In this document: positions 21,175 through 30,746 of the stretch, in pieces | How positions within the stretch are numbered: position 1 is the first letter of the stretch | Layout: every line of letters begins with the position of its first letter | Assembly (NCBI GenBank): GCA_937923175.1 | Contig: CALALB010000039.1 | Span: 4,963 to 68,962, forward strand | Direction of reading: 5' to 3' | From: an uncultured Chromatiaceae bacterium | GTDB lineage: Bacteria > Pseudomonadota > Gammaproteobacteria > Chromatiales > Chromatiaceae | Length of the DNA: 64,000 nucleotides | Translations under genes and position numbers: made by a program | The notes under the pieces: generated by a model | Database searches by the model: none | What the model saw: the letters and a program-made list of their open reading frames with translations, nothing else | Told to the model about the DNA's origin: nothing

Positions 21175-22223
21175 CAGGGCGCAATATCCTGGGTCTTGAG
21201 CGCCTGTAAGAGGCGGCGAACGAGGCCAGGTCCGCGATAGATCAGACCGGTATAGAGCTGGATCAGGTCAGCGCCGGCTGCAAACTTGGCGATGGCCTCT
21301 GCTGGCTCCAGGATCCCGCCGACGCCGATCAGCAGGGGCTCTGGGCCCAGGGCGGCCCGCAGCTGGCGCAAAAGCTCGGTCGAACGTCTAAACAAGGGTC
21401 GGCCGGACAGACCGCCGGTCAGACCGGATGGGGCATCTTGGAGCAGATCAATCCGATGAGTGGTATTGGTTAGAATCAGGCCGGCCGCCCCTGAGCCGAG
21501 CGCTGCCTGGGCACAGGCGATGGCCTGGGTGTCGCTCAGATCCGGCGCAAGCTTGACCAGTAAAGGACGCGGGCGGCTCAGGCGTTGATTAGGCGTCTGG
21601 ATGGCATCCAGGATACGGCGGATCTCATCTCCGCCTTGGAGATCGCGCAGCCCCGGGGTGTTGGGGCTCGAGATATTCACGACCACATAGTCGGCGAGCT
21701 CGGCGATGGCCTCAAACCCTTGCCGATAGTCCGTGGCGGCCTGGGCAAGGGGGACGATTTTGGATTTACCCAGGTTCACGCCTAGGGGGACCTCGGGCAG
21801 ACCGCGGGCGCGCAGACGTTGAAGCCGGCGGGCCAGAGCGGCAGCGCCGGCATTGTTAAAACCCATGCGATTGACCAGGGCCTCCTCCTTGGGAAAGCGG
21901 AACAGACGCGGTTGTGGATTGCCGGGTTGGGGCAGGGCGGTCACGGTCCCAACCTCGATAAAACCAAACCCCAGGGCCTGCCAGGCGGGAATCGCCACCC
22001 CGTCCTTATCCAGACCTGCCGCCAAACCTATCGGATTGGGAAAGTGCAGACCCAGATATTCGCGTTTGAGTTGCGGGTCGCGCGCCGGATCGGATGGATC
22101 GAGCCGCCTCGCCAAAAATGCAGACCAAACCCTCAACAACGCCAGGGTCAGGCTATGGGCCTGTTCAGGGTCAAGGGCAAACAGCAAGGACTTGAGAATC
22201 GGCCAGGTTGGCTGGGCGGTCAT
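21174..22223 (-). CDS. pyrD: dihydroorotate dehydrogenase (quinone), class 2
   Basis: 349 aa with GLAAGLDKDG, FIEVGTVT, NISSPNTPGLR and GVGGI motifs. Confidence 0.9.
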   Translation of the reverse strand: MTAQPTWPILKSLLFALDPEQAHSLTLALLRVWSAFLARRLDPSDPARDPQLKREYLGLHFPNPIGLAAGLDKDGVAIPAWQALGFGFIEVGTVTALPQPGNPQPRLFRFPKEEALVNRMGFNNAGAAALARRLQRLRARGLPEVPLGVNLGKSKIVPLAQAATDYRQGFEAIAELADYVVVNISSPNTPGLRDLQGGDEIRRILDAIQTPNQRLSRPRPLLVKLAPDLSDTQAIACAQAALGSGAAGLILTNTTHRIDLLQDAPSGLTGGLSGRPLFRRSTELLRQLRAALGPEPLLIGVGGILEPAEAIAKFAAGADLIQLYTGLIYRGPGLVRRLLQALKTQDIAP

Positions 22224-22338
22224 GGGTCGATCGAGGTGCGGTCAAGCAGGTTGAATACCGGATTGACCATTGTCCGGCGCGATGGTTTCTAATGCTATAG
22301 TTTGATCTTCCCAAGCACAGCGCGCGGAGGACTTCATC

Positions 22339-22926
22339 ATGGCGGCCAAGAGGATCCTGATGCTGGTCGGCGACTATGTCGAGGACTATGAGGCGATGGT
22401 GCCCTTTCAGATACTCCAGATGGTTGGACACCAGGTCCATGCCGTCTGCCCGGACAAACAGCCCGGCGAGCGGGTGCGCACTGCCGTGCATGACTTTGAA
22501 GGGGACCAGACCTACAGCGAGAAACCTGGCCATTGGTTTGTCATCAATGCCGATTTTGCCTCGGTCGATCCAGCGCGTTATGATGCCCTGGTCATCCCGG
22601 GGGGGCGGGCCCCGGAGTATCTGCGTTTGAATCCGCGTATCATCGAGATCGTGCGCCATTTCGTTGCCGGCGACAAACCGATCGCGGCCATCTGTCATGG
22701 TCAGCAGATCCTGGCCGCGGCTGGGGTCTTGGAGGGTCGCCGGTGCACCGCCTATCCGGCCGTGCGTCCTGAGCTAGAACGCGCCGGTGGGGTGTGGTGC
22801 GAGACCAATGAGACCTACTCCAATGCCTATGTCGATGGCAAGCTGGTCACTGCGCCGGCCTGGCCCGCCCATCCAGAATGGATGCGCCGTTTCCTGGAGC
22901 TGCTCGGAAGCCGGATCGAGCCTTGA
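22339..22926 (+). CDS. DJ-1/PfpI family protein (intracellular protease/amidase-like)
   Basis: 195 aa with the nucleophile elbow [10 protein letters not shown] and [12 protein letters not shown]. ggagga lies upstream of the ATG. Confidence 0.85.
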   Translation: MAAKRILMLVGDYVEDYEAMVPFQILQMVGHQVHAVCPDKQPGERVRTAVHDFEGDQTYSEKPGHWFVINADFASVDPARYDALVIPGGRAPEYLRLNPRIIEIVRHFVAGDKPIAAICHGQQILAAAGVLEGRRCTAYPAVRPELERAGGVWCETNETYSNAYVDGKLVTAPAWPAHPEWMRRFLELLGSRIEP

Positions 22927-22939
22927 CCATCCCCAGGCA

Positions 22940-23401
22940 ATGCTGCCCCAGCGCGTCTTTGTCTATGGCACCCTGTTGCAGGGTGAATGCAACCATCACC
23001 TCTTGGCAGGCGCTATCTATCTCGGTCCCCATCGCACCCCTCCTGGTTTTACCCTCATCCTGCTCGATCATTATCCTGGATTGATCCGAGGTGGGCCGCA
23101 TACCGTTGTAGGCGAGGTCTATCTGATCAATGGCCTGATCTTGAGGCGCTTAGATCGGCTGGAGGGGTATCCAGTCGAATATGACCGTCAACAGTTCGCG
23201 ACCCCTTATGGCAAGGCCTGGGTCTATCTCTATCGCGGACCATGCGCAGGGCGGATGGTGATACGCGGTGGTGACTGGCGGGCCTTTGTCGCCGCTTGGA
23301 AACGGCGCAGGCATTCTCAGTGTTTGCCCTCGACCGAGGAGTTTTTATGTCTGAAGAAGGTCGTTTCACCATTGAGCTCAGGCAGCAAGAGGGCTTTCTG
23401 A
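22940..23401 (+). CDS. gamma-glutamylcyclotransferase (AIG2/GGACT-like) family protein
   Basis: Internal ATG 22940. VFVYGTLLQGECNHHLL ... VVGEVY ... LDRLEGYP is the AIG2-like signature. The tail overlaps the next gene by 55 nt. Confidence 0.65.
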   Translation: MLPQRVFVYGTLLQGECNHHLLAGAIYLGPHRTPPGFTLILLDHYPGLIRGGPHTVVGEVYLINGLILRRLDRLEGYPVEYDRQQFATPYGKAWVYLYRGPCAGRMVIRGGDWRAFVAAWKRRRHSQCLPSTEEFLCLKKVVSPLSSGSKRAF

Positions 23402-23805
23402 TTGAGGTGGTTTTTGATTGGGCACGGACACCATCCCTCTTGATGGACGAACCGCCCCCTTTGGGCGAGCAACAGGGTCCCAATGCCTCCCGTTTACTCG
23501 CTGCGGCTGCGGCCAATTGTTTGAGCGCAAGCCTGTTGTATTGTGTTTTCAAGGAGGAACCGCCACCCAACTGTTTGCGCGCCGAGTCCACCTGTATCCT
23601 GGTGCGCAATGAGCGCGGTCGTCTGCGGATCGGCGCCCTGGAGGTACGCCTGATCCTGACTGAGCAGGTGATTCAGGCGCCGCGCTTTGCCCGTTGCAAG
23701 GAGCTGTTCGAGGATTTCTGTGTGGTCTCGGCCAGTATCCGGCAGGGGATCCCGATTCGGGTGAGCCTGGAGGACACAGCGGGGACGGTCCATCATCGCT
23801 CCTAG
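23347..23805 (+). CDS. OsmC/Ohr family protein
   Basis: ATG 23347 with gagga upstream; 152 aa. The two-Cys pattern (AAANCLSASLLYC ... FEDFCVVSASI) is typical of the OsmC fold. Confidence 0.65.
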   Translation: MSEEGRFTIELRQQEGFLIEVVFDWARTPSLLMDEPPPLGEQQGPNASRLLAAAAANCLSASLLYCVFKEEPPPNCLRAESTCILVRNERGRLRIGALEVRLILTEQVIQAPRFARCKELFEDFCVVSASIRQGIPIRVSLEDTAGTVHHRS

Positions 23806-24053
23806 GCGCGGCCGAGGCTTGTCCTATTGGGGTAACGTTGGGGCAGGGCTACGGCATGGCGGGCGGGGCACCCGCAACTGCATCCTTGCGCACGCCCTAA
23901 CCGCCCGTGGTCCCGGAGCCGTCCCCAGCCAGGTATCCAGGATGGCGCCGAGAGCTCACTTGCCCAGACGGAAAGGATGCCTTGGGGCCGCTGGAACGAC
24001 CTGGAGCTCAATTGCTGATTGGGGCAGTTTGCCCCCCTGTTTTGGAGACGGCC

Positions 24054-26018
24054 ATGGTCCACCCCGATGCTGCTGCCGAGCGTTTCGAACGGGTCATCCT
24101 GGAGTCGATCCAACAGATCCTGGCGCATCCAGAGCCCTCTGCCTATCTCGCCTGGGCCGCTCATCGGCTCCCAGCGCTCTTGGGTCTCTCCCAGTTTGGA
24201 TTTGCCCCTGATGAGGGGGCGCGCCTAGGGCACCTGCTGGCGACCCTGATCTGGAATGCAACCCCACTCCCCACCAATGGGTTCCAGCCCAAACCCATCG
24301 CCCAGCCGGAGGCCGAGGTGCCTTGCCCCTGCGGCTCTGGGCTTGCCTATGGCGCCTGCTGCGGCGATCTCGCTGCCCTGCCGCCGCTCTCCACCGAGCT
24401 GGTCTGGGAGCTTTTGATCGAGCATCTTCCCGAGGAGACCCTGCGTGCGGCCCTCGATCTGGGCGCTATCCCCGAACCGCTGCTGGCCCGGGTTGCCGAG
24501 CGCTGGCTGGATGAGGACCGGCCGGGGCGGGCGGTTGCGCTCCTCGAACCGCTTTTTGCCGGCACCCTCGACCGGCTCGATGGGCACTATGGTCCGATGC
24601 TGGATGTGCTATGCGACGCCTATGACCGGCTCGATCATCGGCGCAAAAAGCTCGCATTGCTCGAGCGGGTCTGCACCGAGGGCGAGCGCGCCCTCCGGGC
24701 CACCGCTTGGCAGCAGATTGGCCTGATCCATCTCGATGCAGCTCGATATGAACTGGCGCATGCCGCCCTGATCGCTGCCCTGCGGTGCGATCCCAACAAT
24801 CCAGGCATCCCCCTGTTCGAGATCGCCCTCTTAACCGCCGAGGGCCGCAACTGGATGGCGCGCGAGCGGGCCCGATTCTGGTTGTATCGCCTGCGGCATC
24901 TAGACCTGGACCTCGAGGGGTTGAGGTCATTTTTAGAGTCAGCCCGCGCCGATCCGCAGGCCGCTATCCTCGCCGCCCAGGCCGAGGCATTAGACCCCGC
25001 ATTATTGGAGCTCCACGACTGGCTGGCAGTCGCCATGACCCGTCCCCTGCCTGGTTATCGGGTGCGTGCGCGCGAGCCGACCCTGGGCGCGGTGCGCCGG
25101 CGTCTCCGAGCTGAGCGAGATGCCGGTCTTGCCCGAGTGCGTCTGGAGACGATCAATGAGCCCCGCGCCGAGTTAAGACCGCCGCCGGGCATGCGCCAAT
25201 TAGAACGGGATTGGCGCAATCTCTATCGGTTCGGCAAGCCAGATTCGACCCATCTATCGCTGGCGGGGACGGTTGCAGTATGGTCCAATCCGGACTGGTT
25301 GGAGTATCTACTCGGCCATCCAGAACTGGCCGATAGCCTGGAGGTGCTCGACGATCTGGCCACGGCCCTGGATGAGCATCCGGATAGCAGCCAGCCCTGG
25401 ATTGTTCATGCCCTGATCCTGCCCGTACTTGAGCGCGCCTGGGCGATCCTTCAGGAGATCCTTGGCTCAGAATGCGTCAGGCAGCTTCCCTGGTCTTATC
25501 CGGCCAACCGTTCGCTGTTGCGCCTGGTGTTTAGGCGCTATCTCGCCCAGATCCGGTTTGGGCGAACCGATGAGGCGGCCCTGAGCCTAGAGACCCTGCT
25601 GAGGCTGAATCCCAGCGATCATCAGGGTGCGCGCGCCGAACTGATGAATCTCTATCTGCGCAACGGTCAGGATGAGGAGGCATTGGCGCTTGCGCGCCGT
25701 TTCCCAGAGGATCGACTCGCCGATCTCGTGTATGGCGAGGTATTGGCACTCTATCGTCTGGGGCGCGAGGAACAGGCACGCCGCGTACTGCAAACCGCGA
25801 TCCGGCGTCTGCCGCGTGTCCCAGTCTATCTGACCCGCAAGCATGTCCGCCGCCCGCGTTTCAGCCCTTTAGATCTGGATCTTCTACCCGAAGGCGAGGA
25901 TCAGGCCTGGCTCTATCGCGAGGCCATGCGCGATGTCTGGCTTGCCCAGCCCGGGGCCATCGCCTGGTTAAGGCGTTGCCTGGCCCGGAGGGCAGTCCCT
26001 GTCAACCAAGAGGATTGA
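24054..26018 (+). CDS. SEC-C motif plus TPR-like repeat protein
   Basis: ATG 24054 with ggaga upstream. CPCGSGLAYGACCG is a SEC-C metal-binding motif. The rest is helical-repeat (TPR-like) sequence. Confidence 0.7.
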   Translation: MVHPDAAAERFERVILESIQQILAHPEPSAYLAWAAHRLPALLGLSQFGFAPDEGARLGHLLATLIWNATPLPTNGFQPKPIAQPEAEVPCPCGSGLAYGACCGDLAALPPLSTELVWELLIEHLPEETLRAALDLGAIPEPLLARVAERWLDEDRPGRAVALLEPLFAGTLDRLDGHYGPMLDVLCDAYDRLDHRRKKLALLERVCTEGERALRATAWQQIGLIHLDAARYELAHAALIAALRCDPNNPGIPLFEIALLTAEGRNWMARERARFWLYRLRHLDLDLEGLRSFLESARADPQAAILAAQAEALDPALLELHDWLAVAMTRPLPGYRVRAREPTLGAVRRRLRAERDAGLARVRLETINEPRAELRPPPGMRQLERDWRNLYRFGKPDSTHLSLAGTVAVWSNPDWLEYLLGHPELADSLEVLDDLATALDEHPDSSQPWIVHALILPVLERAWAILQEILGSECVRQLPWSYPANRSLLRLVFRRYLAQIRFGRTDEAALSLETLLRLNPSDHQGARAELMNLYLRNGQDEEALALARRFPEDRLADLVYGEVLALYRLGREEQARRVLQTAIRRLPRVPVYLTRKHVRRPRFSPLDLDLLPEGEDQAWLYREAMRDVWLAQPGAIAWLRRCLARRAVPVNQED

Positions 26019-26023
26019 ATCCA

Positions 26024-27049
26024 ATGGCTAGTGTCCATCGCATCATCTATTCGGGCCAGCTCACCCCTGGCAGCAGCCACCAGAAGGTCGTGACCGAATT
26101 GGCGCGCACCTTTCATATGACCGAGGATGAGGCGCGCGAGCTGATCGATAAGGGCGCTGGCCGGGTCATCAAGCATGACCTCGATGCCGCCCAGGTCCGG
26201 CGTTATCGCGATGCCCTGACCGCGGTAGGCCTAGGGATTGCCATCGACCCCCCCTTGGAGACGGCGGATCTCTCACTGGCTCAGGGATCGCCCCAGGCGC
26301 CATCCGGCAATGTTCCCGTCCCGCGCGCGCGGCCAGCCGGGCGCGGTTGGAGCTGGATCGCCGAGGCCTGGGGGCTCTTTAAGGACTCGCCCATCGCCTG
26401 GATCCTCGCCCTGATCCTATTCATTGCGATCCTCATGGTGCTTGGCCTGATCCCGGTCGTCGGGGGGATTGCGACCACCCTGATTGGACCTATCCTGACC
26501 GGCGGGTTGATGCTCGGCGCCCGCGCCCAGGACCAAGGCGAGGGGTTTAGGATCCAATACCTCTTTGCTGGTTTCTCCACCCGAACTGGGCCCCTGGTCT
26601 TGCTCGGCGTCATCTTTCTGCTCCTGGGACTCCTGGTTGCCCTGGTCATGGGTGTGCTCTTTGCGCTCATGTTGGGCTTAGGTGGCTCGGACGTGCTGGC
26701 GCCTGGGATGCTGCTCTCCCCTGCGCAGGCCGAGACTTGGATGTCCACGCTGACGATCCTGCCTGTTCTTGTAACCCTGTTGTTGGTGATCCCCGTGATC
26801 ATGGCGATGTATTTCGCCCCCCTGCTCGTGGCCCTGGACGGGGTCGAGGTCATCGAATCCTTGCGATTGAGCCTGCTGGGGTGTCTCAGGAACATCCTCC
26901 CCTTCCTGGTCTCTGGCGGGATCGCCCTGGTCTTGCTATTCATCGGCGCCTTGCCGATCCTTCTGGGCTGGCTGGTGGTGGTGCCGGTCTTAAGCATCAG
27001 CGTCTATACCGCTTATCGGGACATCTTCCAGCAGGGCGACCGCGATTAG
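26024..27049 (+). CDS. polytopic membrane protein with soluble N-terminal domain (BPSS1780-like by recollection)
   Basis: ATG 26024 lies 5 nt after the previous stop, with gagga upstream. A soluble head of about 75 aa is followed by 5-6 hydrophobic helices. Confidence 0.7.
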   Translation: MASVHRIIYSGQLTPGSSHQKVVTELARTFHMTEDEARELIDKGAGRVIKHDLDAAQVRRYRDALTAVGLGIAIDPPLETADLSLAQGSPQAPSGNVPVPRARPAGRGWSWIAEAWGLFKDSPIAWILALILFIAILMVLGLIPVVGGIATTLIGPILTGGLMLGARAQDQGEGFRIQYLFAGFSTRTGPLVLLGVIFLLLGLLVALVMGVLFALMLGLGGSDVLAPGMLLSPAQAETWMSTLTILPVLVTLLLVIPVIMAMYFAPLLVALDGVEVIESLRLSLLGCLRNILPFLVSGGIALVLLFIGALPILLGWLVVVPVLSISVYTAYRDIFQQGDRD

Positions 27050-27219
27050 GATGCCAGCCTCGCGTGGTTATGGTTGAGTCGATCCCGGGATAGGCCCGCC
27101 GTGCCTTCAGACTGCTCAGGGAGGTCTGGGCTGAGCTCGAGTAACAGCCAGCAGGCGATCGACACATTTCATGCGTCTCTATTGCCAGATGGGAAGGCTG
27201 GGCCGGCTGAAGCATGCGG

Positions 27220-28077
27220 TCAGCAAGACCCGTTTGGGCAGGAAGAAAACCCTGCGCACTTTTGCGAATGTTCTTGATAGCAGTACTCAGAAAGGGATAC
27301 CGACCGATCATACGGCGATCGGGGTAGACGCAATGACCTGGCCAGTTCGGGAAGCGCCTCTGGTGTTGGCAGATGCAGCCGATCCCAGGGAGGGCTTGAG
27401 AGTTCGGCGCGGCTTAAAACCCGATAGGCCTCTGCCGCCTGGACCTGGGGGCCTAGGGTGTAGCTGCGAAAGGCATTGAGCCCTGCGATCTGGCGCCCAT
27501 AGTCCTGCTGAGCGAGCTGGCTTCGGAAGCAGGCGATAGCCTGCTGTTTTCGCTCGCTGAGCCCGCTGATATCGAGCAGGCGATTTGGCCACAGCGGCAC
27601 CCCGACCTCGTAAAAGACGAGCTGGCTAGCGCGCGCGCTGTGTCTGATCGCCTCGGCGCAGGCCAGGGCCAGATTGAGATGGTCTGGGTGGACCTCCCAG
27701 CATGAGGGCGCATAGACCAGCTCTGCCTGCCAGGCGGCGATCGCCTCCTGGATCTGGTTGAGCAATTCCTCGCCATAGCCTAGCCCGCGGTCCGGCCAGT
27801 CCCAGAAGATAGGTTCGCCATAGCCCAAGAGCCGGGCGGCGCAGCGCGACTCCTGGCGGCGGGTCTCCAGAGGATCGGGATGGCCTGGCGGGAGCCCCAA
27901 GGCGCCATCGGTGCAGATGATCACCCGCACTGGGTCTCCATCGGCAACATGGCGCATAATAGCCCCGCCGCAACCCAAGACCTCGTCGTCCGGGTGCGGC
28001 GCCAGGATCAATGCCCGACCGCGTCCCAGCCTTTGCTCGGCGCGGTAGGGGATGAATTCGTGTTCGGCGACAGACAT
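27220..28077 (-). CDS. PIG-L / LmbE family N-acetylglucosaminyl deacetylase
   Basis: ALILAPHPDDEVLGCGGAI is the PIG-L zinc-site motif; 285 aa. Confidence 0.8.
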   Translation of the reverse strand: MSVAEHEFIPYRAEQRLGRGRALILAPHPDDEVLGCGGAIMRHVADGDPVRVIICTDGALGLPPGHPDPLETRRQESRCAARLLGYGEPIFWDWPDRGLGYGEELLNQIQEAIAAWQAELVYAPSCWEVHPDHLNLALACAEAIRHSARASQLVFYEVGVPLWPNRLLDISGLSERKQQAIACFRSQLAQQDYGRQIAGLNAFRSYTLGPQVQAAEAYRVLSRAELSSPPWDRLHLPTPEALPELARSLRLPRSPYDRSVSLSEYCYQEHSQKCAGFSSCPNGSC

Positions 28078-28089
28078 AGGGTTGAATCC

Positions 28090-30606
28090 TTGATCCAGTA
28101 TTCGGTTTCTTGGTCATCTAGGCCTATTGATCAGCCTTCCGATCCGCTTGCACTCGGATTGGCTGCGCATCTGCGCGGCGATCTAGAACGGGCAATCGCC
28201 GAGTATGCGCGCGCCTTGCACGCGCGTCCAAACCGAATCCTTGCTGCTTATAACCTAGGGGTGGCGCTGATCGATAGGGGCTATGGCCTAAGCTCCATCC
28301 CCTTGCTTGCCCGGGTGGTCCGGCAATGGCCGTCTTCGGTAGTATTGCGCGCGGCCTGGCTATATGCCCTGTTGCGCGCCGGACGTCAGGCAGAGGCCGA
28401 ACACTGTCTGGCCGCCGCTGAATCCCTAGGGGTTGCTCCCGAGCACTTGGCGCGTTGGCGCCATTGGCTTGAGCAGCCTGATCTAGGGCTACTCGAGGCC
28501 GAGGCGCGCCCAACCCCAGCGCGGCCTAAAGACGAGCCGCTCGATATGCCTCTGTCCCTCCCCACCCAAACGATCGTCCAGCAACGCCTCCAGGAGACCT
28601 TTGCCCACTGGCTTGGGCTGTATCATTCCGGACAGTTCGCATCCCTGGTGCCTATCCTGGAACAGGCGCTCCTGGAGCAACCCTCCTGGGGTGAGGTGCA
28701 TCATCTGCGCGGGCTCGTTGCCCAGGCCCAGAAGGATTTACAAACCGCCCGTCTGGCGCTTGAACGTGCGCGCGATCTGATCCCCGGACGCGCCGAGATC
28801 TGGGACCATCTGGGGGTGGTTTATAGCCGGCTCGGGGAGCATCTTGCCGCCCACCAGGCCTTTGAGGAGTCGCTGTGTCTGAATCCTTTGCGCGCTGAGA
28901 CCTGGAACAATGCCGCAGATGCTGCATTGCGCGCCGGCGCCCTTGAGGCCGCCTTGCAATATGCGCATCAGGCCTTGCGCCTCGATCCCCAGCTGTTGGT
29001 GGCCGGCTATTCGCTGTTGCAGGCGGCATATAAACTGCTCGAGCGCGATCGGCCTGAGCGCGAGCCGGCGGACGATCGGGATGGGCCCCTGGCCTTTGGC
29101 GTCTCGTTGATTGGGAAACAGGTCAAGAGCCCAGACCAGGCGCTGATGGTGGCAGGCTGGCTGGCGGATCTTGGGCGTTTTGAGGATGCGGCGGCGATCC
29201 TGGCACACGGTCAGTCCTTGCCTGGGCCCCAGCCGCCCCAGTTATTGAGCGAGCTGATCAGCGCCCAGCTTTATGCCTGCAATTGGCAAGGCCTTGCCGA
29301 ACGCTGCCTCTCACTTGTTGAACAGGTGCGTACCCAGGATCGCTCTGTGGTTCGGCCCTTTGTTGCCTTGGCAATCCCTGGGTTGACTGCTGCTGACCAG
29401 CAGCGGGTGGCCCGCCTATTTGCCGAGACCCATTATGCCTCCTGGTCGGCCCGCGCCTCGATCCTGCCGCCTGCCCCTGCTAAGCCCAAAGGGGGTCGGT
29501 TGCGGATCGGTTATCTCTCGGATGATCTTCAGGAACATGCCACTGCCTATTTGACCGCCTCGCTTTTTGAATATCACAACCGCCAAAGGTTTGAGATCTT
29601 CGCCTATTCTACGGGTGCTGATGACGGCGGGCCGATGCGCCGGCGTCTGCAGGCGGCCATCGAGCATTTCGTCGATATCCGCGAGTTGGACCATGAGGAG
29701 GCGGCGCGGAAAATCCGTTTGGATGGCATCGATATCCTGGTCGATCTCAAGGGTTATACCCATCGTGCCCGCCTCGAGATACTCGCCCAGCGGCCTGCCC
29801 CCATTCAGATCACCTGGTTGGGTTTTCCAGGTGGGCTCGGTGCCCCATTCATCGACTATCTGATTGCCGATCCGATCGTCATCCCGCCCGAGCATACCCA
29901 TGATTACGATGAGACGATCGCCTATCTCCCCGATGCGTACGCCCCGGTCGATGAACGACGCACTGTCGACAGACAGCCGACCCGAACCGAGATGGGCCTT
30001 CCCGAGCAGGCGTTTGTCTTTGTTTGCTTCAATGAGACTTACAAGATCACCCCTGATCTCTTCGACCGCTGGTGCCGGATCCTTGGGGCTGTGCCAGGTT
30101 CAGTCCTTTGGCTGTATGCGCGGTTTGAGCGCGTTCGTCAAAACCTGAGGGCTGAGGCGAAAAGACGCGGCATTGAGCCGGAGCGTCTGATTTTTGCGGA
30201 TAAGTTGCCCCAGCCAGCGCATTTGGCCCGCATCCCCTTGGCTGATCTGATGCTCGATACCCTGCCGGTCAATGCCCATACCACGGCCTCGGATGCGCTC
30301 TGGATGGGGGTGCCGATCCTGACCTGTTTGGGCGAGACCTTTGCGGGGCGGGTTGCGGCAAGCCTGGTCCGGGCCTGCGGTCTGAATGAACTGGTGACTG
30401 AGAGCCTCGATGATTACGAGCGCTTGGCGATCGCCTTGGCGCGCGATCCTGCGCGTTTACAAGGGCTCAGGGACCGCCTGCACCAGGCCAAACGCAGCGC
30501 ACCCTTTTTCGACAGCCAGGGTTTCACCCGCCAGCTCGAGGACCTGTACGAGCGGATCTGGGCCAGGCACTGCCAGGGGTTGCCGCCGGCTCAACTCGGC
30601 CCCTGA
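28090..30606 (+). CDS. TPR-repeat protein with C-terminal GT41 (SPINDLY/O-GlcNAc-transferase-like) domain
   Basis: N-terminal TPRs (AIAEYARALHARPN, AYNLGVAL...). C-terminal RLRIGYLSDDLQEHATAYL...ITWLGFPGGLGAPFIDYLIADPIVIPPE...DTLPVNAHTTASDALWMGVPILT matches bacterial OGT/SPY-like transferases. The ORF opens at 27880, but its first 70 codons are antisense to the PIG-L gene. TTG 28090 is my guess for the start and is uncertain. Confidence 0.8.
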   Translation: MIQYSVSWSSRPIDQPSDPLALGLAAHLRGDLERAIAEYARALHARPNRILAAYNLGVALIDRGYGLSSIPLLARVVRQWPSSVVLRAAWLYALLRAGRQAEAEHCLAAAESLGVAPEHLARWRHWLEQPDLGLLEAEARPTPARPKDEPLDMPLSLPTQTIVQQRLQETFAHWLGLYHSGQFASLVPILEQALLEQPSWGEVHHLRGLVAQAQKDLQTARLALERARDLIPGRAEIWDHLGVVYSRLGEHLAAHQAFEESLCLNPLRAETWNNAADAALRAGALEAALQYAHQALRLDPQLLVAGYSLLQAAYKLLERDRPEREPADDRDGPLAFGVSLIGKQVKSPDQALMVAGWLADLGRFEDAAAILAHGQSLPGPQPPQLLSELISAQLYACNWQGLAERCLSLVEQVRTQDRSVVRPFVALAIPGLTAADQQRVARLFAETHYASWSARASILPPAPAKPKGGRLRIGYLSDDLQEHATAYLTASLFEYHNRQRFEIFAYSTGADDGGPMRRRLQAAIEHFVDIRELDHEEAARKIRLDGIDILVDLKGYTHRARLEILAQRPAPIQITWLGFPGGLGAPFIDYLIADPIVIPPEHTHDYDETIAYLPDAYAPVDERRTVDRQPTRTEMGLPEQAFVFVCFNETYKITPDLFDRWCRILGAVPGSVLWLYARFERVRQNLRAEAKRRGIEPERLIFADKLPQPAHLARIPLADLMLDTLPVNAHTTASDALWMGVPILTCLGETFAGRVAASLVRACGLNELVTESLDDYERLAIALARDPARLQGLRDRLHQAKRSAPFFDSQGFTRQLEDLYERIWARHCQGLPPAQLGP

Positions 30607-30746
30607 CCTGGGGATCGCCAGATGCCACTCGGACCTTCCTGGCAGGACGCAAACGCCCTCGGCAAGGGTATTTTGTTACCCAATAGGCCGGCCCCGGATG
30701 AGGCTGGAGGTTTGTCGCCGGCTAAAACAATCTAGATCATCCGCCC

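Noticed and set aside
27880-28089. N-terminal 70 codons of the 908-aa TPR-GT41 ORF.
   Set aside because: This stretch is entirely antisense to the PIG-L coding region and has no TPR character. The real start is probably downstream of 28077, and the TTG at 28090 is tentative.
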